Source: Bdellovibrionota bacterium (GTDB lineage Bacteria > Bdellovibrionota_G > JALEGL01 > JAGRMV01). From it: a DNA stretch of 64,000 nucleotides. The DNA is taken from positions 4,167-68,166 of the forward strand of contig JAWKOB010000009.1 in the NCBI GenBank assembly GCA_041391405.1, given 5' to 3'. A program made the position numbers and the translations under genes. This document shows, piece by piece, positions 1-11,323 of the stretch. A model generated the notes under the pieces. It saw nothing but the letters and a program-made list of their open reading frames with translations, was not told where the DNA came from and ran no database searches. Positions within the stretch are counted from its first letter, which is position 1; each line of letters opens with the position of its first letter.

Positions 1-412
1 TGCCGTATTTTTCTCACCATGATTTTGGCGCAGGCTTGGGTCAGCAAAAAAGTACCTTTGAGATGAACGTCGATCACCTGATCGAATTGTTTTTCTTCCA
101 TCTTCAACAAAAGAAGCATCGCGAAGGATTCCCGCGTTATTCACCAGAATGTCGATGGTTCCGAAATGTTTATGAATCAAAGCAACTGCTGCATCCACCT
201 GTTCTTTGTTGGAAATGTCTGCCACAAAAACTTCAACCTTTCTAATTTCGAAAAATTCTTTTTTTCACTTCTTCGGGAAACTATCTTTTTGAATGTCTAT
301 CAGGGCCACGTTGCCTCCAACACAGGACAACATCCCACGGGCCGCTTCTTTTACCGATGCCTTGCGCTGCACCTGTAATTACAGCTGTTTTTATTTTAAA
401 TGAGTTGAACAT
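1..412 (-). pseudogene. Short-chain dehydrogenase/reductase (FabG-like), 3' end outside window, frameshifted
   Basis: Reverse strand from ATG (412-410) reads MFNSFKIKTAVITGAAQGIG (TGxxxGIG Rossmann motif) and later GTIDILVNNAGI (NNAG motif). Frame changes are needed to join them. The + strand ORFs 36-378 are shadows. Confidence 0.6.
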
Positions 413-1617
413 TAGATCGTCAATTGGATGGAAAGATCGAGATAGCCGTCATCATTGCGGCCGGTGATTTGGTTCATGCCAAACCAAGTGTACTGCAATT
501 GGGTTTTTGAAACGGTGATCTGCTGAATAGTAATAGTTCAGAACAGCTGAACCTTCCCAAATGGTGTCGTTGCCGAGGGATTTGTTTGGATCTAGCCAAC
601 CGAGAAGCGCAGTCCGGCCTCCAAGTTTGCGCGGCAAAGAAAAACAGCCGGTTGAACGTAATATCCGATGGAGGGTGAAATTGGCGATGGAAGGGCTTGG
701 TGACGGCGATAGAAAAACTCACCTTGTAAGGAGAGGCCTTCGTTTTTCCATACCAATTCACGGATGAGCTACCATGGTGCTGACGGAGAAATCGTCGATC
801 ACGCCAATGGCGGTGAAGTCATAATCACGATTTCGATCGTAGGCGAATCCCCCGGCAAGCTCGAATTTGTTGCCTTGAGTTTATTCGACATCGCCTTCGG
901 AGTATCCAGCGGTACCCAGCGGGGTATCGCAAAGCGACCGACGTACAACATTCCTCACCAAATCGCATCATTGGATTGATTTTGACCTGTTTGAAACTGG
1001 AAAGGATTGCTTGTGGTTTGAAATCGTGCAGCACCGTTGAAAATACCCCCGGTTAGGCTCCAGAGCATCACCGAAACGATTCAGTGTAACCCCTCGATCG
1101 CGACCAGACTAAAAATGCCTGTGTAGCGGCTGATCGTTAGTCAAATTCAAGATTTCCGGAATAGATCATCCATTGACGAGCGAACGGAACCTTGAATTGT
1201 CCCATTTTGAAATCGATACCCTCATAGAGCACGCGAATATAATAGTCTTCCAGAATAAAACCTTGTCCCAAGGTCTCTGGAACCGGACCATAGCCTACTG
1301 CGCGGGTTTGATTTGCTCCAGCAGCCTGGAAGTAATATTACGAAGATGTGCGGGCCAAAGGCATTGCCGCCGAAATAAAATTTGGCATGCTGAAGATCAA
1401 AAGGATGAAATGTTCGCCGCAGGGGATAAAAAAGGCTCCTATGTGTATCCGAAGTTGATTCTGGATCAACCTTCAGGCTGAAACGGTCGTCCTCTGTTTT
1501 TGACAAAGAATCCATCTCGATATCGCTGATTTGCGTGTAGCTATCGATCGCGAAGGTGAGGCAACTCCATCCCAAAAGAATGGAGAACAACGAAAATGGA
1601 ATAAAACGGTTTCTCAC
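412..1617 (-). pseudogene. Outer-membrane porin, phosphate-selective porin O/P-like family, frameshifted
   Basis: ORF 1222-1617 starts with signal peptide MRNRFIPFSLFSILLGWSCLTFA. Other reverse frames give GIDFKMGQFKVPFARQW (porin O/P-like) and the end ...GYLDLSIQLTI*. The TAA at 414-412 overlaps the next ATG (TAATG). Several frame changes. Confidence 0.45.
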
Positions 1618-1625
1618 GGTATAAG

Positions 1626-2138
1626 TTGAATATCGTGCACTGGAAAAAGTATCAAATAAAAATCACCATGATGCTGGTCTTGATTTGTCTATCACCCACG
1701 GCAGCCATCGAGCGTCTGGGGTATATCGGACAGTCCTTCAGCTTTCCTTTGTTCTTCAGGGACCAACATTCCTACAATGAAATGACCTATCACATGGATA
1801 TGGGATATTTTCTGCACGAAAACGTAGGTAATGTCCTTGTCCATCAACGCTCAAGTCGATGGTTTGGAACTGTTCTATCTGGAATTCGGGCCTCAATTTT
1901 ATCCCGTACAAGATACATGGATGATGCCGTATGTCTCAGCCAGACTTTTGTATTCATGGTTCCCAACGGCGATGCCGGCTGGATCGCGAGTTTCGGATTT
2001 GAAATGCCGCTGAGCAAATCGTATGAAGCTGAAAATTTTCGACTGCGGTTTGGTACGGGAATGGGGCAGTTTTTGTTCGACAGTGGCAACGTCCTGTTCA
2101 TGCAGCTCGCCCGCGTCGGCCTAATCTGGTCGTTCTGA
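1626..2138 (+). pseudogene. Hypothetical outer-membrane beta-barrel-like protein, probably frameshifted
   Basis: ORF 1626-2138 has a hydrophobic N-terminus and ends GLIWSF (C-terminal Phe, typical of OMPs). Alternate frame 1831-2013 (LELFYLEFGPQFYP) suggests an internal frame change. Family not recognised. Confidence 0.3.
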
Positions 2139-2149
2139 TCATCGACTGA

Positions 2150-4828
2150 TCAATGAGCGTCGTTCCAGTTTTTGCCGGAACGAATGTCGACAAGCAGAGG
2201 AACGTCGAGCTTCATCGCGGTCTCCATTTTTTCTTTGATCATCGCCATCGCTTCTTTGAGCTCACTTGGCGGGACTTCAAACACAAGTTCGTCGTGAACT
2301 TGAAGCAGCATTCGAGTTTTCAGGTTTTTCTTTTTGATCTCGTGATGGATGTTGATCATGGCGATTTTGATCAGATCCGCCGCTGAGCCTTGAAGAGGGG
2401 TATTGCCGGCCATGCGTTCGGCGATGGCCACCATCATCGGATTTTTTCCATTGATGTCGGGTAATGGACGTCGTCGTCCCATGATGGTTTCAACAAAGCC
2501 ATTCTCGCGAGCAAATTCGAGCTGTTTGTTGAAGAAATCCTTCACGTGACCGTAGGTTTGGAAATACGACTCGATGAACTTTTTGGCTTCAGGAATGGAA
2601 ATGCCATTTTCACGGGCCAATCGTTGTGGGCCCATGCCGTAAATAACGCCGAAGTTGATGGTTTTGGCGCGAGAGCGAAGTTCCGGCGTCACTTCATGGA
2701 AGCTTTTGTTGAAAATCAAAGCCGCGGTGATGCTATGTACGTCTTCATTTTGCTCGAATGTTCGAATGAGCGTCGGATCTTTGGTCAAATGTGCGAGAAA
2801 GCGAAGTTCAATTTGGGAATAATCGGCCGATACAATCAAATTATCGTTTTGTGCCACGAAGGCTTTGCGAATTTCACGACCGAGTTCTGTGCGGATCGGA
2901 ATATTTTGTACATTTGGATCTGAACTGGACAGTCGTCCAGTTGCCGCAACGGTTTGATTGAAGGAAGTGTGCACGCGTCCTGTTTTGGGATGAACCAGCG
3001 TCGGAAGTGTATCAATGTAGGTCGACTGAAGTTTGCTCAAGTTGCGATACTCCAAAATCAAACGAATGATCGGGTGAGCATCGAATTTTTCAAGTGTTTC
3101 CTGGTCGGTGGCATAGCCTGTTTTGGTTTTTTTGACTTTGGTGATGCCAGCCGTTTCATGAACTTTGAGTTTCTCAAACAGAATCGGCCCCAATTGCTTT
3201 GGGGATTTGATGTTAAATTCTTCGCCCGCGGCCGCGATGATTTGATCCGTGAGTTCTTTGAGACGAATGGTGAGTTTTTGGGACAACTCATTGAGTAACG
3301 TAACATCCAGTGCGAAGCCTGTTTTCTCCATGTCGCCGAGCACTTCAATCAATGGTAGTTCGACCTCGTGGTACAGTCGATCGAGTTTTTGTTCATTGAT
3401 CTGCGGCTCGAAAATTTTGTGCAACTGGAAGCAGGCATCCGCATCCTCGCAAGCATAATGCGACAGTTTCTCGATATCGACCTGATCCATGAACAGCTCG
3501 CCTTTGACCGAAACTTCGGAAAAAGGAATTTTTTTCAGATTCAAATGCTTGATCGCTAGGTCATCTAATCCGTGCTGACGGCCATTGGGATCGAGAAGAT
3601 AGGACTCCAGCATCGTATCGAAGGTGATGCCTTGAACATCGATTCCTAGATTTTTGTAAACGTGACGATCGAATTTGACGTTCTGTCCGCCTTTTGGAAA
3701 TTTGGTATTTTCCATGATGGGTTTGATCTTTTCAGCGAATTCAGCCTGCGAAAATTCAGCATGAGCGAAGGAGATAAAATGGGCTTTGTCTTTTTCGTAA
3801 GAAAAAGAAGTCGCAAGCATTCTCACGTCGACCGGGTGCAAACCGTCTGTTTCGGTGTCGAAGGTAAATTCTTTTTCGATAGGTTTTTCACAAGCTCGTC
3901 GAGTTCAGCTCGTGTTTTCACCATGTGGTAATTTTGTGCGGAGGAAGTCTTGAGCTCGACGGATCGTCGATTTTTTTGAGCAGGGAAGTGAAATTTAGTT
4001 CTCGATACAAAGCCGCCAAACGAGGGCCATCAGGTTTATCTGCAGGTTTCAATTCATCGACTTCAACGGGTAATTTCACATCCGTTACGATAGTTGCCAA
4101 ACGCGTTTGCACAAAAATGCCTGATCTTTGTTGGTGATGAGCTTCTCGCGAACTTTGTCCGGTTTCACGGATTCAATTTTCTCAAAGATTTGTTCGAGAC
4201 TGCCATAATCTTGGACCAATTTGCTCGCTGTTTTTTCTCCGATGCCTGGAACACCCGGAATGTTGTCCGAAGCATCGCCCATCAAAGCCAGCATGTCCGT
4301 CACATGGTTGGCTGGAATCCCCCATTTTTTGATGGGAGCTTCTTCGCCCATGATCTCCAGGTCGCCTTTTTGTTTGATATTGTAGATGAAAACGCCCGGT
4401 TCGATGAGCTGAAGGAAATCCTTGTCGCCGGTGACCATGTACGCATGAATCTTCTTTTTGACCGCTCGGTGGGCGAGAGTTCCAATCACGTCATCGGCTT
4501 CAAATCCGGAAATGGAAATGTAGGGAATGCGCATCGCTTCGACCACATCCTTGATGTAAGGCAGTTGGGCGCGCAGATCATCCGGCATTTTTTCGCGGGT
4601 GGCTTTGTATTCTGGAAATTCTTCGTGCCTGAATGTTTTGTCTTTATGATCGAAAACCACAGCCAAAAAATCAGGCTGTTCATTTTCGATAATTCGATTC
4701 AGTGCCATGATGAACCCGTAAATCGCGCTGGTGACCATGCCGCTTTTGTTAACGAGCGGGTTTGCCGCAAAGGCAAAATGGCTGCGGTAGGCAATCGCAC
4801 TTCCGTCCAATAAGAATAACCTTTTCAT
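2150..4828 (-). pseudogene. polA: DNA polymerase I (5'-3' exonuclease + 3'-5' exo-like + polymerase domains), frameshifted
   Basis: ORF 4085-4828 is the 5' nuclease (MKRLFLLDGSAIAYRSHFA). ORF 2150-3841 is the polymerase domain (RRxAKxxNFGxxYG-type RSRAKTINFGVIYG, QVHDELVFE). Fragment 3918-4112 bridges them. At least 2 frame changes. Confidence 0.92.
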
Positions 4829-4983
4829 CTTTATAAAGTCATATAGCAGTCTTTGTTTGCGTAGAAGATTAAAATCGAGACGGAAGGCCCATTTTTTATG
4901 TGGCGGCCCCGTCGGGCCGCATTAAGAACTTCGAAAACGTCACCCTTGGTTTAGGGCTTTGAATCGTGTATCCTTAGGCCTAT

Positions 4984-6179
4984 ATGTTGGACCTTCTACC
5001 CAATTCGATGATCCAGGAGCTGGAGAATCTGCTCATCGAATATGTCTATGAAGATCAGTGGAAGCATAAGTGGGATGGACAAACGATCCCACAGGATTTG
5101 GTCAAGTCCTATATCGCGCACGCCAAAAAACTTTCCGCGCTTTTTACCAAAGACCGCCAGCACATCAATTCGAAGTATTTTCATAAAAAAGAAAATCGAT
5201 ACGCCTATATTTTTTATTTTCACATTTCCAGCTTCATGCGCACGTACCATGTGATCCACGAGATGTTTCGCCATGGAATCTGGCCGGAGCAGGCCGATAC
5301 TTTCATGGATTTGGGATCCGGCTCGGGAGGTTCATTGTGGGCGCTTGGCTTGTACCGTCACCAGCGAAATCTTCCGATCAAACATGTCTACGCGCTGGAT
5401 CAGGATCAGCACGTGCTCAAAGACGCGAAGAAGCTTTGGTCACGCCTGGTGAAGCATTTCAACATCGATGCACCTGAAATGGTGACTTACAAGCAGGATC
5501 TACTCAACATTCAAAAGCTCGAAACCGATGAGTTTTACCACAAAGTCGACATCGTCTTTTGTTCCAACGTGCTCAATGAGTTTTCAAAAATGTCCGAAGC
5601 TTCCAAGCTGATGCTTTTCAAAACCATTGCTCTTCACATGCTCAAGAAAAACGGAATGCTCGTCATCATCGAACCAGCCCTTTCGGAAACGGCCAGAAAA
5701 CTGATGGAACTTCGTGATTTTCTTGGAAAACATCGCGGCGGACGTGCCAATTCATGCGGTCACATCATGGGTTGTCCTATGCTGAAAAACCTAAGGACTG
5801 GTGCCACTTTGAACTCAATTGGGAGCCGCCAAGACTTCGCAAGAAAATCGAGGACTCACTAGGGTTTCACAGCGGAACGCTCAAATACTCTTACTTGGTT
5901 TTCAAAAAGAAATCCCTGGAAGCCCAGCCTGTCTGGGAACGTAAGAGATACAGAGCGCTGTCTCCGGCATTGAAAAATGGAAATGAATATTGTGTTCTTC
6001 TTTGTTCCGATGCCGATGTCATTTCCGTCTATTTCGACAAGGACAACAAGATTCTTCGCAATGTCGTGCGAGGAAACTTGATCGAGATGGGACCAGTGGA
6101 TACTTTTGAAAACAAAGCGCAGCGTTTCCAACGCTCTGTGCGATTGAATGCGAATTCCAAACCTATTGTTGTCTTATGA
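4984..6179 (+). pseudogene. Rsm22-like SAM-dependent methyltransferase, one frameshift near 5750
   Basis: ORF 4984-5862 carries the SAM motif MDLGSGSGG. The second frame 5754-6179 continues with DWCHFELNWEPP, the Cys/His cluster typical of the Rsm22 family. Confidence 0.6.
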
Positions 6180-6578
6180 GCCGCAAACCCATCGAAGTCG
6201 TCGCCGTCATTCTGCAAGCCAACGGAAAGGTGCTGATCGGCAAGCGAATGAAGGGGATTCGAACGCGGGTAAATGGGAATTTCCCGGTGGTAAATCAGGC
6301 CGAATGAAAATCCAGAAAAAGCGCTGACCCGTGAAATCAAGGAAGAACTGGGAATCAATGTGGACCGTTTTACATTCTTCGAGCAGGTTCAATTCGACTA
6401 TCCCACCTACAGCGTCAATATTCGGTTTATCTCTCGAATCTTGAAGAAGAGTTGGATTTTTTGCTCGATGCCCACGACGAATTGGCGTGGATTTTCCCGC
6501 GGCAAATTGATGAGTATGATTTCCTGGAAGCCAATCGCAATGTTCTGAAAAAAGCTGATCGATTCAGCCAAGGCGTGA
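6176..6578 (+). pseudogene. NUDIX hydrolase (MutT-like), frameshifted
   Basis: ATG at 6176 overlaps the upstream stop (ATGA). It reads MSRKPIEVVAVILQANGKVLIGKR. After frame changes it reads WEFPGGK..ENPEKALTREIKEELG, which is the Nudix box GX5EX7REUXEEXGU. Confidence 0.6.
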
Positions 6579-6598
6579 GAACGCTGTCAGCGTTTTTT
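6578..6598 (+). terminator. Candidate rho-independent terminator after the NUDIX gene
   Basis: AACGC-TGTCA-GCGTT hairpin (6580-6594), extendable by A-U/G-U pairs, followed by a T6 run. Short stem. Confidence 0.4.
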
Positions 6599-7033
6599 CT
6601 TTGGTTTGAGAAGCAGCAATTCTTTGATGTAGGTTTCGATTTTCTGATCTTCGGGTTTGAGTTGGGTGAATTTACATATGCCCGAACCTTTGCCGCTGCC
6701 ACCTTCACGATAGCTCCAGGCAACCACAGCTTCCGTTTCAATGGCAGGGTCATGATTCGGAAGTTTGAATGAAATATGAATGGTGCCGATCGGTTGGATT
6801 TGGTCGTGGCAGATAAAGGCGCCCCGTGGTGGATAGATTGAGGATTTTGGTGAGGTAGTAGCCCCCACTGCCGAAAGGTCGACCATGATTTCGACGGCGG
6901 CTCTGTTTTCGTCCTTGCGCCGTTCTTTGGACCCTTCGATTTCGTCTTTCTGCATTAATATAGTATATCTAGAAACCGAAATAAGTTCATGAAAAAATCT
7001 TTCCCATTGTTTTGATTTGGCTGACGGTGTCAT
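6587..7033 (-). CDS. PilZ domain protein (c-di-GMP receptor family)
   Basis: Intact ORF. ERRKDENR (RxxxR) followed by DLSAVGA (D/NxSxxG) are the PilZ signature motifs. An alternative start is Met at 6955 (MQKDEIEG). Confidence 0.55.
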   Translation of the reverse strand: MTPSAKSKQWERFFHELISVSRYTILMQKDEIEGSKERRKDENRAAVEIMVDLSAVGATTSPKSSIYPPRGAFICHDQIQPIGTIHISFKLPNHDPAIETEAVVAWSYREGGSGKGSGICKFTQLKPEDQKIETYIKELLLLKPKKKR

Positions 7034-7455
7034 CGGCGCTTTTTGAACTTCTTGCGCAGCTCGGACAGTTCATATAGATCTCAAAATATTCTTGGAATGG
7101 TTCGTTGTGTTTTGTTTTGCGCTGTCGATATGGGTCGCACGGAAGCAATTTGTTCAAGATAGCCGTATCGTTCTTGAAGAGACCAAAGGATGGGAGCCGG
7201 ATATGCAGCAAGACATTGCGCAATTTATCAAAGCCCGCAAAAGTAGATTGTTGACGTCCGTATCCCTAGTGCTTGTGCTGCTTGTTTTTAAATTTGCCGT
7301 TGCCTATTTACAACCTGAATACAAAAGAGCCTTTTTTGTATGTGTTTGTGATCGCTTTGTTTCACGTCTCCTCGTGGCAGTCTGATCCTGTTTAAAATTT
7401 CACGAACCATCTCCTGGATTCGGCATGAAAATATCCTGGCAGTTGCGGAGCAGTC

Positions 7456-8154
7456 ATGAAGATCATCGCTCATCGCGGCTATTCGGCAAAATTCCCCGAA
7501 AATACAATGGCGGCATTCAAAGCGGCCGTGGATGCTGGGACCGACATGATGGAATTCGACGTTCTTTTGTCCAAGGACAAGGTTCCAGTCATCATGCACG
7601 ATCAGACGCTGAATCGCACAACCAATGGCAAAGGTATGGTTGCGGCCTATACTCTCCAGATTTAAAAAAACTCGACGCCGGAAAAGGCGAGATGATTCCA
7701 ACGTTGGAAGAAGTGATTTCAACATTTCAAAAAACACCACTTCACATCGAGATCAAGTCCGAAGCTGTCGGAGATCAAGTCAAAGGTGGGGTGGAAGAAC
7801 TTGTGTTGGAACTGGTGGATCGGTTTGGCATAGAATCAACGTGTGTGATTTCATCTTTCTCCAGCATTCCATTGTTCCGAATTCGCGATATGAACAGCAA
7901 AATTGCAATCGCGGCCACGTTCGATCATTCCCTGAACGATGCGGACAAGCACATGATCGAACAACTTCGCCCATTCGCCATTCATTTGCCGATCAATAAA
8001 ATTCGCAATTCGGATGTCGACTATGCTTCCGTGAATGATCTGCGCATCAACGTATATACGGTCAATTCACCCGTTCAGATGAAATCCGCACAAGATCTTT
8101 TGCGTGGATGGAATTTTTACAAATGGTAGAGAAACTTTGGCCTTCTTTACATAG
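7456..8154 (+). pseudogene. Glycerophosphodiester phosphodiesterase (GDPD family), frameshifted
   Basis: [49 protein letters not shown] (HR..EN..E.D..H motif). It continues in the frame of ORF 7425-8129. The final VDGIFTN motif is in a third frame ending with TAG at 8152-8154. Confidence 0.8.
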
Positions 8155-8170
8155 AATTTCTTAGAGCTTC

Positions 8171-9482
8171 TTATCGAGATTGTTGGGGCGTGGGAATGGC
8201 GGGCCAGGTCGCGCGAAGTAGTATCCTTGGGCGTAATCTATTCCAAAGCTTTTGACCACTTCCCAGGTCTTCCTTGGTTTCAATGCCTTCCGCGACGGTT
8301 TTCGCTTTCACGGATTTGGTCAATGCTGCCAGAGTTTGAAGAATGTCTTGTTTGACTTTGGATTGATGAATGCCGCGAATAATCGACGCGTCGATTTTCA
8401 CGAATGCTGGCTCAATTTCCACAATCGCTTCCAAACTTGAATAACCTGCGCCGACGTCATCGATCGCGATATTAACGCCTTCTTTGATGTATTGATTCAA
8501 TGCTTTTGAATTGAACAAACTGTTCGATCGCATCCCGCTCCGTGATTTCAAGCACGATGTCTTGAATCGGAATTTTATTTTCTTTCAAAAATTCAACAAA
8601 GACATTCGCGCTGAATTCAGGATCGTAAATCAAATTCGGCAATGTATTCACGAAAAGTTTTTTCAGGCTCTTTTGCCACGGGCATTGATGATCGAGCGTT
8701 TACGACATAGACGATCCAGATCGAAAAGCAAGCCGATGTCTTCGGCCAGTGTGAAGAAAATCACAGGCGCTTCGATCTCCCGGAATTCGCAGGGCCGCGG
8801 CTCAGAGCTTCGTAGCCGAATACGGTGTGCGCTTTCAAATCGATGATAGGTTGATAGACCGTAGTGACTTTCCTCGAGAAGAATTTTTGGAGTCGACCGC
8901 GATTTTGAAGTTCAGTCTTGGAGTTCTGAAGCGTAGCGATGTTTTTGGCTTCTTCGATCATTTTGTAGATCGTTCGTTTTGTATTCACCATCGGATTGTG
9001 GATGGCCATGGAATAACCCACGTGGATTTTCGGAAGCTTGTTGAGGTAGTGATACAAATCCAAGAAAAGCGTGTAGTAAAGATATTCTTGAACGCGCTCA
9101 CAGGCATTTTCGACGTCTTCTTTGAAAAGTAGGTCTTTGCCGTTTTCTTTTCTAGGTTCAAGAAAGGAAAATCAGAAAGGAACAACCGTGAACTTCGCTG
9201 AGTGCGATCACGTCGTTTTGCGGATGGCATCCACGAATGTTGATGAGCGCTGCGGAAATCTTCTTCATGATTTCCTCGAAGTAAGCATCTCCGTATTTTT
9301 GCTCGATGAAGGAGAAGTGACTTGCATCCACGTAGATGACGCCGAGCGCTTTTTCAGTCAGCAGTTTGTTTTCAAGTTCTGGTAAGTAGACCAGATAGCT
9401 CCGAAGAGCCGCGTTCTTCGTCGACGAGTCTGTTTTTGTAATTGATGGTGCTCACTTGAATCGATCCTTGAAACTCGACCAT
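8171..9482 (-). pseudogene. Degenerate-GGDEF / EAL domain protein (c-di-GMP phosphodiesterase family), multiply frameshifted
   Basis: The EAL domain is spread over frames: YQPIIDLKAHTVFGYEALSRGP, AIDDVGAGYSSLEAIVEIEPAFVKID, AEGIETKEDL, GIDYAQGYYFARP. The N-terminal half has a degenerate GGDEF position (SEVHG.SFLIFL). ATG at 9482, TAA at 8171. Confidence 0.75.
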
Positions 9483-9581
9483 ACCTTCCCTGGGCACAAA
9501 GGCAAAATTTTTTCATCTTTTTAACTAGTTACACGGATTTTTTTCGTTTTCTATCTAACATAAAAGACCTACTGGGATTGA

Positions 9582-9993
9582 TCATGAATCTTTTTTCAGG
9601 GCTTGGCGACCCAGTAGCATGCGATATCCCATGAGCGATCGGTTCACGAGAGTCAGTTCAATGGTGTATTCCTCCGAGCCGACACGGATGATGGTGTTGA
9701 TCACAGGGCGCTGGGTTTTTTCGCCCATGGAGCTTTTGACGGTGCGATAATCAATCAGCAGGGCTTTGGCCAGAATTGGCTGTTTGGTCTTGATGGAGGG
9801 AACGACTTCGAAAGTGACCCATTTTTGTTTTGACGTTCGTCACTTCAATATCGCGTGCGTGCAGTGCCGAGGTTTTTGCACCAGTATCGACTTTGGCTTT
9901 GATCGGAAGCTTGGAAGATTGGGAAGACTGACCCACTCACGCCAGCCCAACACAGTCTTTTCTTTTTGCGTTTCTTCACGTTCACCGATGAAT
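9582..9993 (-). pseudogene. Retropepsin-like 'ATP-dependent zinc protease' family protein (RimK-associated type), frameshifted
   Basis: Reverse frames give GWREWVSLPNL, IKAKVDTGAKTSALHARDIEV and ...NRSLMGYRMLLGRQALKKDS*. This matches the conserved pattern of this family. 2-3 frame changes. Confidence 0.55.
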
Positions 9994-10009
9994 AAATTAG
10001 CATTGTCGC

Positions 10010-11086
10010 ATGGCAAGGTTAATTAAAAACAGAAGCATTCGCCGTGCCTTGCCTCCTGGTGGGTTCAATTTTGAGACGCTATCGGACAATACGCCGATCT
10101 CCGGCCATTATATTCGTTACAATGCCAGCGAAGTGATTGAGGGTGAATTCGAGCTTTCAAGCATCAAGTCGATCGATGCGCTCGAATCCAAATATATCCA
10201 CTGGTTCCATATCGAGGGGTTCGGTCAGGAAAAGTTCCTGAAGATGATCCATGAAACCTTTCATATTCCCATGTTCCAGATGGCAGATGTTCTCAATATC
10301 GATCATCATCCCAAAATCGAGGATCTGGATGATTTGTTGTTTTTCTTGCTCAAGAGCGTGGAGTTGAATGAGGGGCAGGGGTTGGATCGTTTGGCCTTCC
10401 ATCATTTGGGTGTTTTTTTGGGGCATAATTTCGTGCTCTCTTTCTCTGAAAAGCCATTGACGGTGTTCAACGTGGTCAAAGAGCGCATTCGTCAGAAAAA
10501 AGGGCGCGTTCGTGACAGCAAGGAAGATTTTCTTTTCTACTCACTGATCGATGCGATTGTGGACAATTACTTTTACATCGTTGAACAGCTGGGCAATGAA
10601 GTCGAGGAGCTGGAAAAGTTGGTGTTCTTTGAGCGTAGCCATAAAAAAATGCTTCCGAAGATCAATCGTCTCAAAATGGAGTTTTTGCTTTTGCGCAAGC
10701 TCACAACTCCAGTGGATGAAGCTGTGCAGTTGATGAACAATCTGCGCGCCAAACTTTTCGATGAGGATTTGGAAGATTATCTGATCGACCTTCAGGATCA
10801 CTCACGGCAATTGGTGTCGGTGATCAATGGCTATTATACGATGCTCAATGATATCTTGCAGATCTACGCCACCAGCATCAATCTTCAAACCAACCGAATC
10901 ATCACATTCTTGACCTTATTCACCAGCATCTTCATCCCTTTGACCTTCATCGTTGGGGTTTATGGGATGAACTTCAAGCACATGCCTGAACTGGAATGGG
11001 AATACGGATATCCAATGGTCTGGATGGTGAATGTTTTGATCGCTGTAGTGATGATTTGTGTGTTTCGCCTCAAAAAATGGCTATAG
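10010..11086 (+). CDS. corA: Magnesium/cobalt transporter CorA
   Basis: Intact 358-aa ORF with two C-terminal TM helices and the signature YGMNF (GVYGMNFKHMPE). Confidence 0.9.
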   Translation: MARLIKNRSIRRALPPGGFNFETLSDNTPISGHYIRYNASEVIEGEFELSSIKSIDALESKYIHWFHIEGFGQEKFLKMIHETFHIPMFQMADVLNIDHHPKIEDLDDLLFFLLKSVELNEGQGLDRLAFHHLGVFLGHNFVLSFSEKPLTVFNVVKERIRQKKGRVRDSKEDFLFYSLIDAIVDNYFYIVEQLGNEVEELEKLVFFERSHKKMLPKINRLKMEFLLLRKLTTPVDEAVQLMNNLRAKLFDEDLEDYLIDLQDHSRQLVSVINGYYTMLNDILQIYATSINLQTNRIITFLTLFTSIFIPLTFIVGVYGMNFKHMPELEWEYGYPMVWMVNVLIAVVMICVFRLKKWL

Positions 11087-11323
11087 ATCAATCGATATTT
11101 AACAATTCCTAATGATTTTTCGGTTGGAACTGCAGTATAATAGTGGTAGCAACGGTAACAATTCTAGCCGGGTGACTTAGCGTAAGCTTATCGTTGGCCT
11201 TCGAGTATTTCTCAAGCCTGAAGTGATTTTTTGGGCTTCACAAATTTTCGAAGCCAATCCCATCACAATTCGTGAGTAAGCTCCATTACCTAAGGTTTGC
11301 CCAAAGGTGGAAAGGAGGCAGCC

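Noticed and set aside
4094-4813. 239-aa + strand ORF. Similar long antisense ORFs include 11616-12215 (-), 15108-15698 (-), 23658-24332 (-), 24993-25613 (-), 26035-26754 (-), 31416-31976 (-), 38642-39160 (-) and 58124-58849 (-).
   Set aside because: Each lies entirely antisense to a gene with strong family motifs (polA, mgtE, ndh, UXS, lepA, carB, recG, trmFO). They have no recognisable motifs or RBS and show the low-complexity composition typical of shadow ORFs.
4903-4920. GC-rich hairpin GCGGCCC-CGTC-GGGCCGC between the divergent polA and Rsm22-like genes.
   Set aside because: It is not a terminator in either orientation, because the T-run lies upstream of the hairpin on the plus strand and no gene ends there. 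A single occurrence is insufficient to assign a function.
7092-7385. 97-aa + strand ORF (TTG start) and the overlapping 78-aa minus-strand ORF 6987-7223, in the 420-bp gap between the PilZ and GDPD genes.
   Set aside because: I could not support either. There is no family signal and the two overlap each other. A shorter version (ATG 7203, GGGAG upstream, one TM helix) is possible but unproven. A CPSC motif on the minus frame is a single CxxC only. Left unannotated.
11087-11323. Reverse-strand reading of the mgtE leader (TTAGGTAATGGAGCTTAC resembles the M-box 5' segment UUAGGUGAGGCUCC).
   Set aside because: A reverse-strand element would regulate nothing, because corA upstream is on the + strand and ends before it. 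The resemblance is short and probably fortuitous. Only the + strand hypothesis is kept, at low confidence.
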